Part shown: piece after piece, positions 10,401-17,566 of the stretch | Layout of the letters: each line of letters opens with the position of its first letter | Position numbering within the stretch: the first letter of the stretch is position 1 | DNA from: an uncultured Chryseobacterium sp. | GTDB lineage: Bacteria > Bacteroidota > Bacteroidia > Flavobacteriales_D > Sanyastnellaceae | Length of the DNA: 64,000 nucleotides | Direction of reading: 5' to 3' | Assembly (NCBI GenBank): GCA_964420985.1 | Contig: CAYQUT010000002.1 | Span: forward strand, 47,546 to 111,545 | Translations under genes and position numbers: made by a program | Notes under the pieces: generated by a model | Database searches by the model: none | What the model was told of the DNA's origin: nothing | What the model saw: only the letters and a program-made list of their open reading frames with translations

Positions 10401-10502
10401 ATCTTTATTGGATTGGTTGGAGATATTTATGTGATAGTGTGCGTTGAGAAAGATTAATTACGAACTCCAAATCATTGCAAATTTCCTACAAAAGTGAAAT
10501 GG

Positions 10503-10678
10503 TTCATCGGTAAATCAGTAAATCAGTAAATCGGTAGATCAGTGAATCGGTGGATTGGAAAATCAGTAGATCAGTAGATTAGTAGATCGGTAGATCGGTA
10601 GATCGGTAGATCGGTAGATTAGTGAATCGGTAAATTAGAGAATAAGTAGATCGGTGAATCAGTATATGGGTGGAATTG
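10503..10678 (+). repeat. tandem array of 22 units of an 8-bp repeat (consensus GTRRATCR / TRRATCRG)
   Basis: Parsed by hand: ttcatcgg taaatcag taaatcag taaatcgg tagatcag tgaatcgg tggattgg aaaatcag tagatcag tagattag tagatcgg x4 tagattag tgaatcgg taaattag agaataag tagatcgg tgaatcag tatatggg tggaattg. One unbroken 8-nt register. The array ends 10 nt before the stop codon of the four-helix-bundle ORF. Confidence 0.95.
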
Positions 10679-10688
10679 AATGGGGTAT

Positions 10689-11042
10689 TTAGTTTACAAC
10701 TTGACGAAATGCTGAAATTCTTCTGGATAAAATACCTGTTTCCTCTATGAGCTTGTCGATATCAAATGCTTGATCATTGAGTTCTTGGATGATTCTGAGT
10801 GTGGCTCTGGTTTCCATGCATGAGGCAAATGCAATGGTCAAAAAATGTTCTTTTTCTTTTTTGGTTTTTCTGGACATTCCCTCGGCTATATTCAGGGTAA
10901 CAGAAGTAATGGATCTTCTTATTTGCTGTATCAATGATGCGTCAGTCCACCTGCTCTTGCGAATATTTTTATAGATGAAAATACTAAGTCTCAAAGACTC
11001 TTTCCAAATTTCCAATTTTTCGTAACTTATGTTCTCTGTCAT
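10689..11042 (-). CDS. four-helix-bundle protein, 23S rRNA-intervening-sequence protein family (PF05635 / TIGR02436; Avd-related)
   Basis: MTENISYEKLEIWKESLRLSIFIYK...IQQIRRSITSVTLNIAEGMSRKTKKEKEHFLTIAFASCMETRATLRII matches the family hallmarks (E.W..s..l...iy; QlrRs..Si..NIAEG..r.s.ke...fl.iA.gS..E). I prefer the ATG at 11042 over the track's TTG at 11060. Confidence 0.85.
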   Translation of the reverse strand: MTENISYEKLEIWKESLRLSIFIYKNIRKSRWTDASLIQQIRRSITSVTLNIAEGMSRKTKKEKEHFLTIAFASCMETRATLRIIQELNDQAFDIDKLIEETGILSRRISAFRQVVN

Positions 11043-11110
11043 ATTGCAAAACACAAGCAAAAAGAGGAATATCGAAATAAATTAAAAATAGGAATATCAT
11101 ATAAGTTATG

Positions 11111-11438
11111 CCATACACCCATCCACCGATATGCTGATCTACTGATTAACCGATTTACTGATTCACTGATTTACCAATTCACCGATTCACTGATCTACTG
11201 ATTAACCGATTCACTGATCTACTGATTCACTGATTTACCAATCCACCGATATACTGATCTACTGATTAACCGATTCACTGATTTACCATTCCACTGATCC
11301 ACCGATATACCGATCCACCGATATACCGATCTACTGATTAACCGATTCACTGATTTACTGATCCACCGATCCACCGATATACCGATCTACTGATTAACCG
11401 ATTCACTGATTTACCAATCCACCGATATACTCATCCAC
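11111..11438 (-). repeat. tandem array of 41 units of the same 8-bp repeat, inverted relative to the 10503-10678 array
   Basis: On the + strand the units read YGATNNAC (ccatacac ccatccac cgatatgc tgatctac tgattaac cgatttac ... caatccac cgatatac tcatccac). The reverse complement is GTNNATCR, the same unit vocabulary as the left array. There are no indels over 328 bp, and a block of about 48 bp recurs. Confidence 0.95.
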
Positions 11439-11445
11439 CTTTCCT

Positions 11446-11453
11446 TATCTTTG
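11446..11453 (+). promoter_or_regulatory. candidate -7 promoter box (TATCTTTG) for aspS
   Basis: Exact TAnnTTTG match, 19 nt upstream of the aspS ATG and 7 nt after the last repeat unit. The -33 region lies inside the array (only TTTC is seen there). Confidence 0.4.
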
Positions 11454-11472
11454 TCCTTCAAATTTTTTCACC

Positions 11473-13221
11473 ATGCATCGTACACATACCTGCGGAGAGC
11501 TCCGCGCTGAACATATTGGTCAAACCGTCACCCTGAGCGGTTGGGTGCAACGCAGCCGCGACCTGGGTGGTATGACCTTCGTCGATCTTCGTGATCGTTA
11601 TGGCATAACTCAACTGGCTTTCAACATGGAAACCCATGAAGCACTCTGTTTAGAAGCCAGAAAATGGGGCCGCGAATTTGTCATAAAAGCCACCGGTATA
11701 GTCATCGAAAGACATTCGAAAAATGCGCAAATGCCTACGGGAGATATCGAAATTCAAGTCACTGATTTTACATTGCTCAATACCTCTAAAACCCCACCAT
11801 TTACAATAGAAGATGAAAGCGATGGCGGGGATGATTTGCGCATGCAATGGCGTTTCTTGGACTTACGCAGAAATCCTTTGAAAAACAACCTTATGCTCCG
11901 TCACCGCATGGGAATTGTAGCCAGAAACTTTTTGGATCAACAGGGATTCTTGGAAATTGAAACACCTTATTTGATCAAGTCTACCCCAGAAGGAGCGCGT
12001 GACTTCGTTGTTCCCAGCCGAATGAATCCTGGGCAATTTTATGCTCTTCCCCAATCTCCTCAAACGTTTAAACAGCTCTTGATGGTAAGCGGTTATGATC
12101 GCTATTATCAAATTGTGCGCTGCTTCCGTGATGAGGATTTGCGCGCTGATCGTCAACCGGAGTTTACCCAAATTGACTGTGAGATGGCTTTTGTTGAGCA
12201 ACAGGACATCCTCAATATGTTTGAAGACTTGGTCAAAACTTTGTTCCGTGATGTAAAAGGAATAGAATTGGAAAATGTTCCGCACATGACCTACGCCGAT
12301 GCCATGCAGTACTACGGTTCTGATAAGCCAGATGTGCGTTTTGATATGAAGTTCAACGACCTCTCTGCGCTGATGCAAAACAAAGGTTTCCAAGTTTTTG
12401 ATGCGGCACAATGCGTTTTGGGAATTGTAGCCAAAGGTGCAGGGAATTACACCCGCAAACAATTGGATGAATTGACTGAGTGGGTCAAGCGACCACAAAT
12501 TGGAGCAAAAGGTTTGGTTTATTGCTTGTGCCAACCAGAGGGTGCTTTTAAATCTTCCGTGGACAAATTTTACAACCAAGAGCAATGGAAAGAAATTGCT
12601 GCGCAAATGGGCGCTGTAGAAGGTGATTTGATTTTAATACTATCTGGCGATCTGCACGCCACCCGCAAGCAATTGGGTGAGCTGCGCTTGCACATGGGCA
12701 ATTTATTGGGGTTGAGAAATCCAAACGTATTTAAGCCTCTGTGGGTGGTGGACTTCCCATTGGTGGAATGGAATGAAGAAGCACAACGTTGGTTTGCCAT
12801 GCACCATCCGTTTACTTCACCTAAGCCAGAGCACATTGACTTATTGGACAACAATCCTGGATCTGTAAATGCCAACGCATATGATTTTGTCATCAACGGC
12901 GTCGAAGTAGGCGGTGGATCCATTCGTATCCACGATAGAAATGTTCAGGCCAGAATGTTTGATCTTTTGGGATTCACCCCAGAGGAGGCACAAGCTCAGT
13001 TTGGATTCTTGTTGAACGCCTTTGAATACGGAGCGCCGCCACACGGTGGAATCGCTTTCGGTTTTGACCGCTTGTGTTCATTGTTTGGTGGTTCCGACAG
13101 TATCCGTGATTTCATTGCCTTCCCTAAAAACAACAGCGGAAGAGATGTGATGATTGATGCTCCATCGGTCATCGATCAAAAACAATTGGATGAGCTTTCC
13201 ATTGATGTAAAGGCACAATGA
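11473..13221 (+). CDS. aspS: aspartate--tRNA ligase
   Basis: 582 aa. N-terminal OB-fold ([10 protein letters not shown]...VTLSGWV), class II motif 2 [26 protein letters not shown], and motif 3 GIAFGFDRL. Confidence 0.97.
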   Translation: MHRTHTCGELRAEHIGQTVTLSGWVQRSRDLGGMTFVDLRDRYGITQLAFNMETHEALCLEARKWGREFVIKATGIVIERHSKNAQMPTGDIEIQVTDFTLLNTSKTPPFTIEDESDGGDDLRMQWRFLDLRRNPLKNNLMLRHRMGIVARNFLDQQGFLEIETPYLIKSTPEGARDFVVPSRMNPGQFYALPQSPQTFKQLLMVSGYDRYYQIVRCFRDEDLRADRQPEFTQIDCEMAFVEQQDILNMFEDLVKTLFRDVKGIELENVPHMTYADAMQYYGSDKPDVRFDMKFNDLSALMQNKGFQVFDAAQCVLGIVAKGAGNYTRKQLDELTEWVKRPQIGAKGLVYCLCQPEGAFKSSVDKFYNQEQWKEIAAQMGAVEGDLILILSGDLHATRKQLGELRLHMGNLLGLRNPNVFKPLWVVDFPLVEWNEEAQRWFAMHHPFTSPKPEHIDLLDNNPGSVNANAYDFVINGVEVGGGSIRIHDRNVQARMFDLLGFTPEEAQAQFGFLLNAFEYGAPPHGGIAFGFDRLCSLFGGSDSIRDFIAFPKNNSGRDVMIDAPSVIDQKQLDELSIDVKAQ

Positions 13222-13958
13222 AAACCCTGTTGGGACCAGTTTACTTTGTCTACAAACTCTGGATAGGGGCTGTATTTTGGGCGACATTACTGTTGCTTTT
13301 CCCTTTTTTCTGGTTGTTGTTGCAAAGTAAAAAGACATATTCTTTAGCGTTTTTATTGAAGCGATTTTGGTCTTGGTTGATTAGAACATTGATTTTTTGC
13401 CCTGTTGTAATAAAGAACAAATCATTTATTCCCAAAACAGCCTTTATAGCCACTAGCAATCACATCAGTTATCTCGATACGGTTTTTATGTACGCGGTAC
13501 TGGATCGGTACTTTTTATTTATCGGAAAAGCAGAGTTGCTGAAATGGCCCTTGTTCTCGTTGTTCTTCAGAAAGCAAGATATTCCAGTGCACAGAGGCAA
13601 TCCCCGTGAGGCTTATCTGTCATTGCAATTGGCAGGTGAGGCCTTGAACAGGGGAGAGAACATTGCCATTTACCCTGAGGGAACCATTCCCGATGAAGCC
13701 CCCATCATGCGAACTTTTAAAACGGGAGCTTTTAGATTGGCCATTGAAAAGCAAGTCCCCATTGTACCTGTTGTCTGGCACAACAACCACAAGGTAATGT
13801 TAGATCCTAGTAAACTTTTTTCTTTTTCGTTGCCGCAATTGGTGAGGGTTACCGTGTTGAAACCCATTTCAACCCTAGGAATGACAGAGGCAGATGTTGT
13901 AAGTTTGCGCGACAAAGTTTTTAAGAGCATTCAAGATTGTTTGAGAAATGAAAATTGA
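13218..13958 (+). CDS. plsC: 1-acyl-sn-glycerol-3-phosphate acyltransferase
   Basis: HX4D motif NHISYLD and YPEGT motif, with an N-terminal membrane anchor. ATGA overlap with the aspS stop. Confidence 0.82.
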   Translation: MKTLLGPVYFVYKLWIGAVFWATLLLLFPFFWLLLQSKKTYSLAFLLKRFWSWLIRTLIFCPVVIKNKSFIPKTAFIATSNHISYLDTVFMYAVLDRYFLFIGKAELLKWPLFSLFFRKQDIPVHRGNPREAYLSLQLAGEALNRGENIAIYPEGTIPDEAPIMRTFKTGAFRLAIEKQVPIVPVVWHNNHKVMLDPSKLFSFSLPQLVRVTVLKPISTLGMTEADVVSLRDKVFKSIQDCLRNEN

Positions 13959-14247
13959 CAAAGAAACCGTTGACCGTTTGGCTGAACTGGCCAAATTGGA
14001 ATTTGATGAAACCAGTAAAGAGGCCATGGTCAAGGATTTGACCAACATGTTGGCTTTTGTAGATCAGCTCAATGCCTTGGATGTAGAGGGTGTGGAGCCT
14101 TTGATTTTTGTCAATGAACGCAATAACAATGTTCTGCGTGAAGACAAGATAGAGCATCCCATTACACAGGCAGAAGCACTGAAAAATGCCCCACAAAAGG
14201 ACATGTATTATTTCAGAGTGCCCAAAGTTATTGGGCAAAGTGAGTAA
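13948..14247 (+). CDS. gatC: Asp-tRNA(Asn)/Glu-tRNA(Gln) amidotransferase subunit C
   Basis: 99 aa. [21 protein letters not shown]...MLAFVDQLNALDVEGVEPL is the typical GatC pattern. Overlaps the plsC end by 11 nt. Confidence 0.85.
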   Translation: MKIDKETVDRLAELAKLEFDETSKEAMVKDLTNMLAFVDQLNALDVEGVEPLIFVNERNNNVLREDKIEHPITQAEALKNAPQKDMYYFRVPKVIGQSE

Positions 14248-14308
14248 AGTGACCAAAGTTGCTGTTGTGTAAAGATTAGAATCAGATATTTGTAAAAAAT
14301 AAAGTAAG

Positions 14309-14722
14309 ATGTATCCTCCAGAATTAGTAGCACCGATGCGTGCGGAATTAGATCAATTGGGATTTGAACAAACCATGACTGTTGAAGCTGTCGATGCAGC
14401 TGTCAACTCCACAGGGACAGTATTAATGGTTTTGAATTCAGTGTGTGGTTGTGCAGCAGGAAGCATGCGACCCGGCGTTAGAAAATCATTGGAAGGAACC
14501 GCTAAGGCCCCTTCCAAGATGGTTTCTGCTTTTGCAGGTGTAGACAGAGATGCCGTTGTTAGGGCCAGACAGTATATGCTGCCTTATCCTCCTTCATCTC
14601 CCAGCATCGCCTTGTTCAAAGATGGCAAGTTGATGCACATGGTAGAACGCCACCACATTGAAGGAAGAACGGCCGATATGATTGCGGAACACTTGAAAAT
14701 GGTGTACGAAGAATTTTGTTAA
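14309..14722 (+). CDS. bacilliredoxin, BrxA/BrxB (YphP/YqiW, DUF1094) family
   Basis: 137 aa. The CGC redox motif sits in NSVCGCAAGSMRPG, with family-typical ends (MYPPELV...; ...IEGR.A..I...L). Confidence 0.8.
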   Translation: MYPPELVAPMRAELDQLGFEQTMTVEAVDAAVNSTGTVLMVLNSVCGCAAGSMRPGVRKSLEGTAKAPSKMVSAFAGVDRDAVVRARQYMLPYPPSSPSIALFKDGKLMHMVERHHIEGRTADMIAEHLKMVYEEFC

Positions 14723-14744
14723 AGAATACAACTTGGAAAACATT

Positions 14745-14770
14745 AAAATCGACTTCGGTCGATTTTTTTT
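14745..14770 (+). terminator. rho-independent terminator after the bacilliredoxin gene
   Basis: aaaatcgac-ttcg-gtcgatttt followed by a T-run (ttttttttg). Confidence 0.75.
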
Positions 14771-14801
14771 GTGAATAAACTGTTGATAAGCACTATCTTT
14801 G
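14768..14801 (+). promoter_or_regulatory. candidate -33 TTTG / -7 TATCTTTG promoter for the DEAD-box helicase operon
   Basis: TTTG at 14768-14771 and TATCTTTG at 14794-14801. The 22-nt spacer is slightly long. It would give a 5' UTR of about 100 nt containing a ccgagt...actcgg stem. Confidence 0.35.
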
Positions 14802-14910
14802 CCCCGAAATAATTGTGCGGCTACGATTTCTTTTTTTTGTTTTCCGAGTAAATGTTACGGATAGAATCAGGAAGAAGTTGTTATAACTCGGACAGCAAAA
14901 AAATTTATTA

Positions 14911-16431
14911 ATGAAGTCATTTGAAGAGCTAGGACTAGATACGTCTATCCTAAAGGCATTGAAAGATGCGGGATATGAAAATCCCACCCCAGTACAAGAA
15001 GGAACAATTGAGTGGGCCATTGAGGGCCAGGATGTTTTGGGTTGCGCCCAAACCGGTACTGGAAAAACAGCAGCGTTTACACTACCTGTATTGCATTGCT
15101 TGGCCAATCGCCAAGACAAAGGAATCAAAGCTTTGGTGTTGGCACCAACACGTGAATTGGCCATGCAAATTGGAACATCTTTGCGTGATTACTCCAAGTA
15201 CATGCGCATTCGCCACACTGTCATTTATGGAGGTGTTTCAGCTTATGAGCAAATCAAGAATCTTCGTCGTGGTGTGGATGTTTTAATTGCTACCCCAGGC
15301 CGTTTGTTGGATTTGCACAACCAAGGTCATGTCAATTTGAGTAAGGTTGAGTTTTTGGTTTTAGATGAAGCGGATCGCATGTTGGACATGGGATTTATTC
15401 ATGACATTAAGACCATCGAATCATTGTGCGCTGAGCAAAAGCAAACGTTGTTCTTTAGTGCAACTATGCCGCCAGACGTTCGCAAATTGGCCATGGGAAT
15501 TTTAAATGACCCCAAGCAATTGGATATTGCTCCATCTGAGCAAAGAGTGGACAGCATTGAACAGGAGATGGTGATTTTACGCAGAGACCGTAAGCGTGCA
15601 ATGTTAACCCAATGGTTGGATGACAACGCTGAAGGTCAAGTATTGATTTTCACCAAAACCAAGCGCGGAGCTGATCGTGTTGAGGAAGATTTACAAGAAC
15701 AAGGTTATCGTGCTGTCGCCATTCACGGGGACAAGAGTCAAGGTGCGCGCACAAGAGCTTTGGGTGATTTTAAAAGAAACAAGGCCAGAATTTTGGTAGC
15801 AACAGACGTGGCATCACGCGGAATTGATGTAGATCAACTTCCTTATGTCATCAACTTTGATATGCCAGAAAATGCTGAAACTTATGTTCATAGAATAGGC
15901 CGCACGGGAAGGGCTGGAGCAAAAGGTAAAGCAATTTCTTTTTGTTGTGAGGATGATCGTGATATATTGCACGAAATTGAAAAGCATTTAGATTTAGAAA
16001 TTGTTAAAAATACTGACCATCCTTTCGTACTTTCGGAGAGAGATTTGGCTGACGTGTTGGAAAAACCACAACGTGGTGGAAACAGAAGCGGTGGACCAAG
16101 CAGAGGTTACAAAGGAAAAGGCAGAGGATTTGGCGGTGGAGCAAGACGCAATGATTCAAGAGGTGGTGGAGCAAGACGCAACGATGGCAGAGGAGAAAAT
16201 AGAGGAGAGAGCAGAGGCTTTGGTGGTGGAGAAAATCGTGGTGGAGAAAATCGCGGTGGAGAGCGTAGAAGTGAGCCAAGAGGTGAAGGAAGAACAGAAA
16301 ACAGCGGAAACAGATCAAGCTACGGAAATAGCCATGGCGGCGGTTTTCAAGGTGGAAGATCAGGTTCAGCTGGACCAAATAAAGGCGGCGTAAAAAAGAA
16401 GTTTTTCAGTGGAGCAAAAAGAAGCAACTAG
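14911..16431 (+). CDS. DEAD-box ATP-dependent RNA helicase (RhlE/CsdA-like) with an RG/RGG-rich C-terminal tail
   Basis: Motifs AQTGTGKT, PTRELA, TPGRL, DEAD, SAT and HRIGRTGRAG. The last ~110 aa are low-complexity (GGGARRNDSRGGGARRNDGRGENRGESRGFGGGENRGGENRGGERR). Confidence 0.93.
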   Translation: MKSFEELGLDTSILKALKDAGYENPTPVQEGTIEWAIEGQDVLGCAQTGTGKTAAFTLPVLHCLANRQDKGIKALVLAPTRELAMQIGTSLRDYSKYMRIRHTVIYGGVSAYEQIKNLRRGVDVLIATPGRLLDLHNQGHVNLSKVEFLVLDEADRMLDMGFIHDIKTIESLCAEQKQTLFFSATMPPDVRKLAMGILNDPKQLDIAPSEQRVDSIEQEMVILRRDRKRAMLTQWLDDNAEGQVLIFTKTKRGADRVEEDLQEQGYRAVAIHGDKSQGARTRALGDFKRNKARILVATDVASRGIDVDQLPYVINFDMPENAETYVHRIGRTGRAGAKGKAISFCCEDDRDILHEIEKHLDLEIVKNTDHPFVLSERDLADVLEKPQRGGNRSGGPSRGYKGKGRGFGGGARRNDSRGGGARRNDGRGENRGESRGFGGGENRGGENRGGERRSEPRGEGRTENSGNRSSYGNSHGGGFQGGRSGSAGPNKGGVKKKFFSGAKRSN

Positions 16432-16440
16432 TTTTAACAC

Positions 16441-17505
16441 ATGAGTAAATTCACCTACAACCAAGAAGAGCACCCATTTTTTGATCGTTTGCAGAAAAAG
16501 GTTTATGCTTATTTTGAAGACAACAAAATTGAAATGACCGGAGGCTGGAAATTGTGGTCCAAAGCAATGTTTTATATTGTTGCAGCTGCAGTTAATTATT
16601 GGTTGATGGTGTGGATGGTACCTGCAGGTGTTTGGAGTGTTTTACTTTGTATATCAATGGGTCTACTATTGGCCGGTATAGGTTTTAATGTAATGCACGA
16701 TGGTGCCCACGGTTCTTTTTCAAAATACGCTTGGGTCAATAATGTTATGGGTTTCAGCCTTAACTTTATGGGAGGGGATGTCAATCTTTGGAAAATCAAA
16801 CACAATTTGGTGCACCATAGTTTCACCAACGTTGAAGGATTAGACGATGATATCGATATTGAGCCATTCATAAGAACCAACCCCCACCAAGAAAAAAAGA
16901 AGATGCATCGTTTCCAACACTGGTATGTCTCTTTCTTGTACGCAGTGACTTATTTGAATTGGATTTGGTGGGCGGACTTTGAAAAATATTTTAGTCAAAA
17001 AGTAGGGGGTGTAAAGTTCAGAAAATTGGATTTCAAATCGCATCTGACTTTTTGGATTGGTAAAGTAGGGTTCTTGGTTCTTGCATTGGTTATTCCCATT
17101 ATTGTTGTGGGTTGGGCAAAAGCCCTGGTGGGCTTTGCAATAGTCGCAGCAACAACGGGCATTCTAATCGCTTTGGTATTTCAAGTTGCGCACGTCGTAG
17201 AGTATACATCATTTATGAATGCTGAAGACAAGGCAACCAAGGATGAATGGGCCATAACGCAGTTAAAGGGTACTGCGAATTTTGCGACCAGCAATAGAGT
17301 TGTACTCTTCTTTACTGGCGGATTGAATCATCAAATAGAGCATCATTTGTTCCCGCGCATTTCTCATGTTCACTATCCTAAAATCAGTGCCATCGTGAAG
17401 GACACCTGCAAGGAATTTGGTATTCAGTATTATGAGTATAAAACATTCATCGGCGCTGTTGCTTCACACTATGCTCACTTGAGAAACATGGGAGTGGCAG
17501 CTTGA
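16441..17505 (+). CDS. membrane fatty-acid desaturase (three His-box, front-end-like third box)
   Basis: His boxes HDGAHG, HNLVHH and QIEHH (NHQIEHHLFP), with about 4 TM helices. Starts 9 nt after the helicase stop. Confidence 0.85.
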   Translation: MSKFTYNQEEHPFFDRLQKKVYAYFEDNKIEMTGGWKLWSKAMFYIVAAAVNYWLMVWMVPAGVWSVLLCISMGLLLAGIGFNVMHDGAHGSFSKYAWVNNVMGFSLNFMGGDVNLWKIKHNLVHHSFTNVEGLDDDIDIEPFIRTNPHQEKKKMHRFQHWYVSFLYAVTYLNWIWWADFEKYFSQKVGGVKFRKLDFKSHLTFWIGKVGFLVLALVIPIIVVGWAKALVGFAIVAATTGILIALVFQVAHVVEYTSFMNAEDKATKDEWAITQLKGTANFATSNRVVLFFTGGLNHQIEHHLFPRISHVHYPKISAIVKDTCKEFGIQYYEYKTFIGAVASHYAHLRNMGVAA

Positions 17506-17517
17506 GAATAAATCATT

Positions 17518-17548
17518 AAAAAAAAAACCCGCAACTGCGGGTTTTTTT
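17518..17548. terminator. bidirectional rho-independent terminator between convergent genes
   Basis: aaaaaaa-cccgc-aact-gcggg-ttttttt. The A-run and T-run flanks allow function on both strands. Confidence 0.8.
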
Positions 17549-17566
17549 GTTCTATTACAGATGGAT

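Noticed and set aside
10689-11042. The four-helix-bundle gene could be part of a diversity-generating retroelement (as Avd) or of a genuine 23S rRNA intervening sequence.
   Set aside because: There is no reverse transcriptase ORF and no template/variable repeat pair. No rRNA-like sequence occurs on either flank. The neighbours are a ZIP transporter gene and aspS.
10503-11438. The repeat arrays could be a CRISPR locus.
   Set aside because: The period is 8 bp with no unique spacers between units. CRISPR repeats are 24-48 bp and are separated by spacers of similar length. No cas genes are nearby.
11111-11438. The arrays could be an oriC or datA-like DnaA-box cluster. Units such as CAATCCACC, TGATCCACC and TCATCCACC resemble TTATCCACA, and GATC is enriched.
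   Set aside because: The resemblance covers only 6-7 of 9 positions, and the final A of the DnaA box is consistently missing. There is no AT-rich unwinding element and no dnaA/dnaN context. The boxes are simply the repeat unit itself. GC-skew analysis or marker-frequency data would settle this, so I keep it only as a remote alternative.
11863-12606. A 247-aa antisense ORF lies inside aspS. Similar cases are 24593-25177 inside actB, 40440-40940 inside psd, and 9916-10335 inside the ZIP gene.
   Set aside because: Each lies fully within a strongly supported CDS on the opposite strand. Their composition is typical of antisense frames (rich in Leu, Ser and Arg with no motifs).
16001-16393. Overlapping 124-130-aa ORFs lie on both strands at the 3' end of the helicase gene.
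   Set aside because: They are an artefact of the purine-rich RG-repeat-coding DNA, which lacks stop codons in several frames. The helicase frame is continuous and motif-supported.
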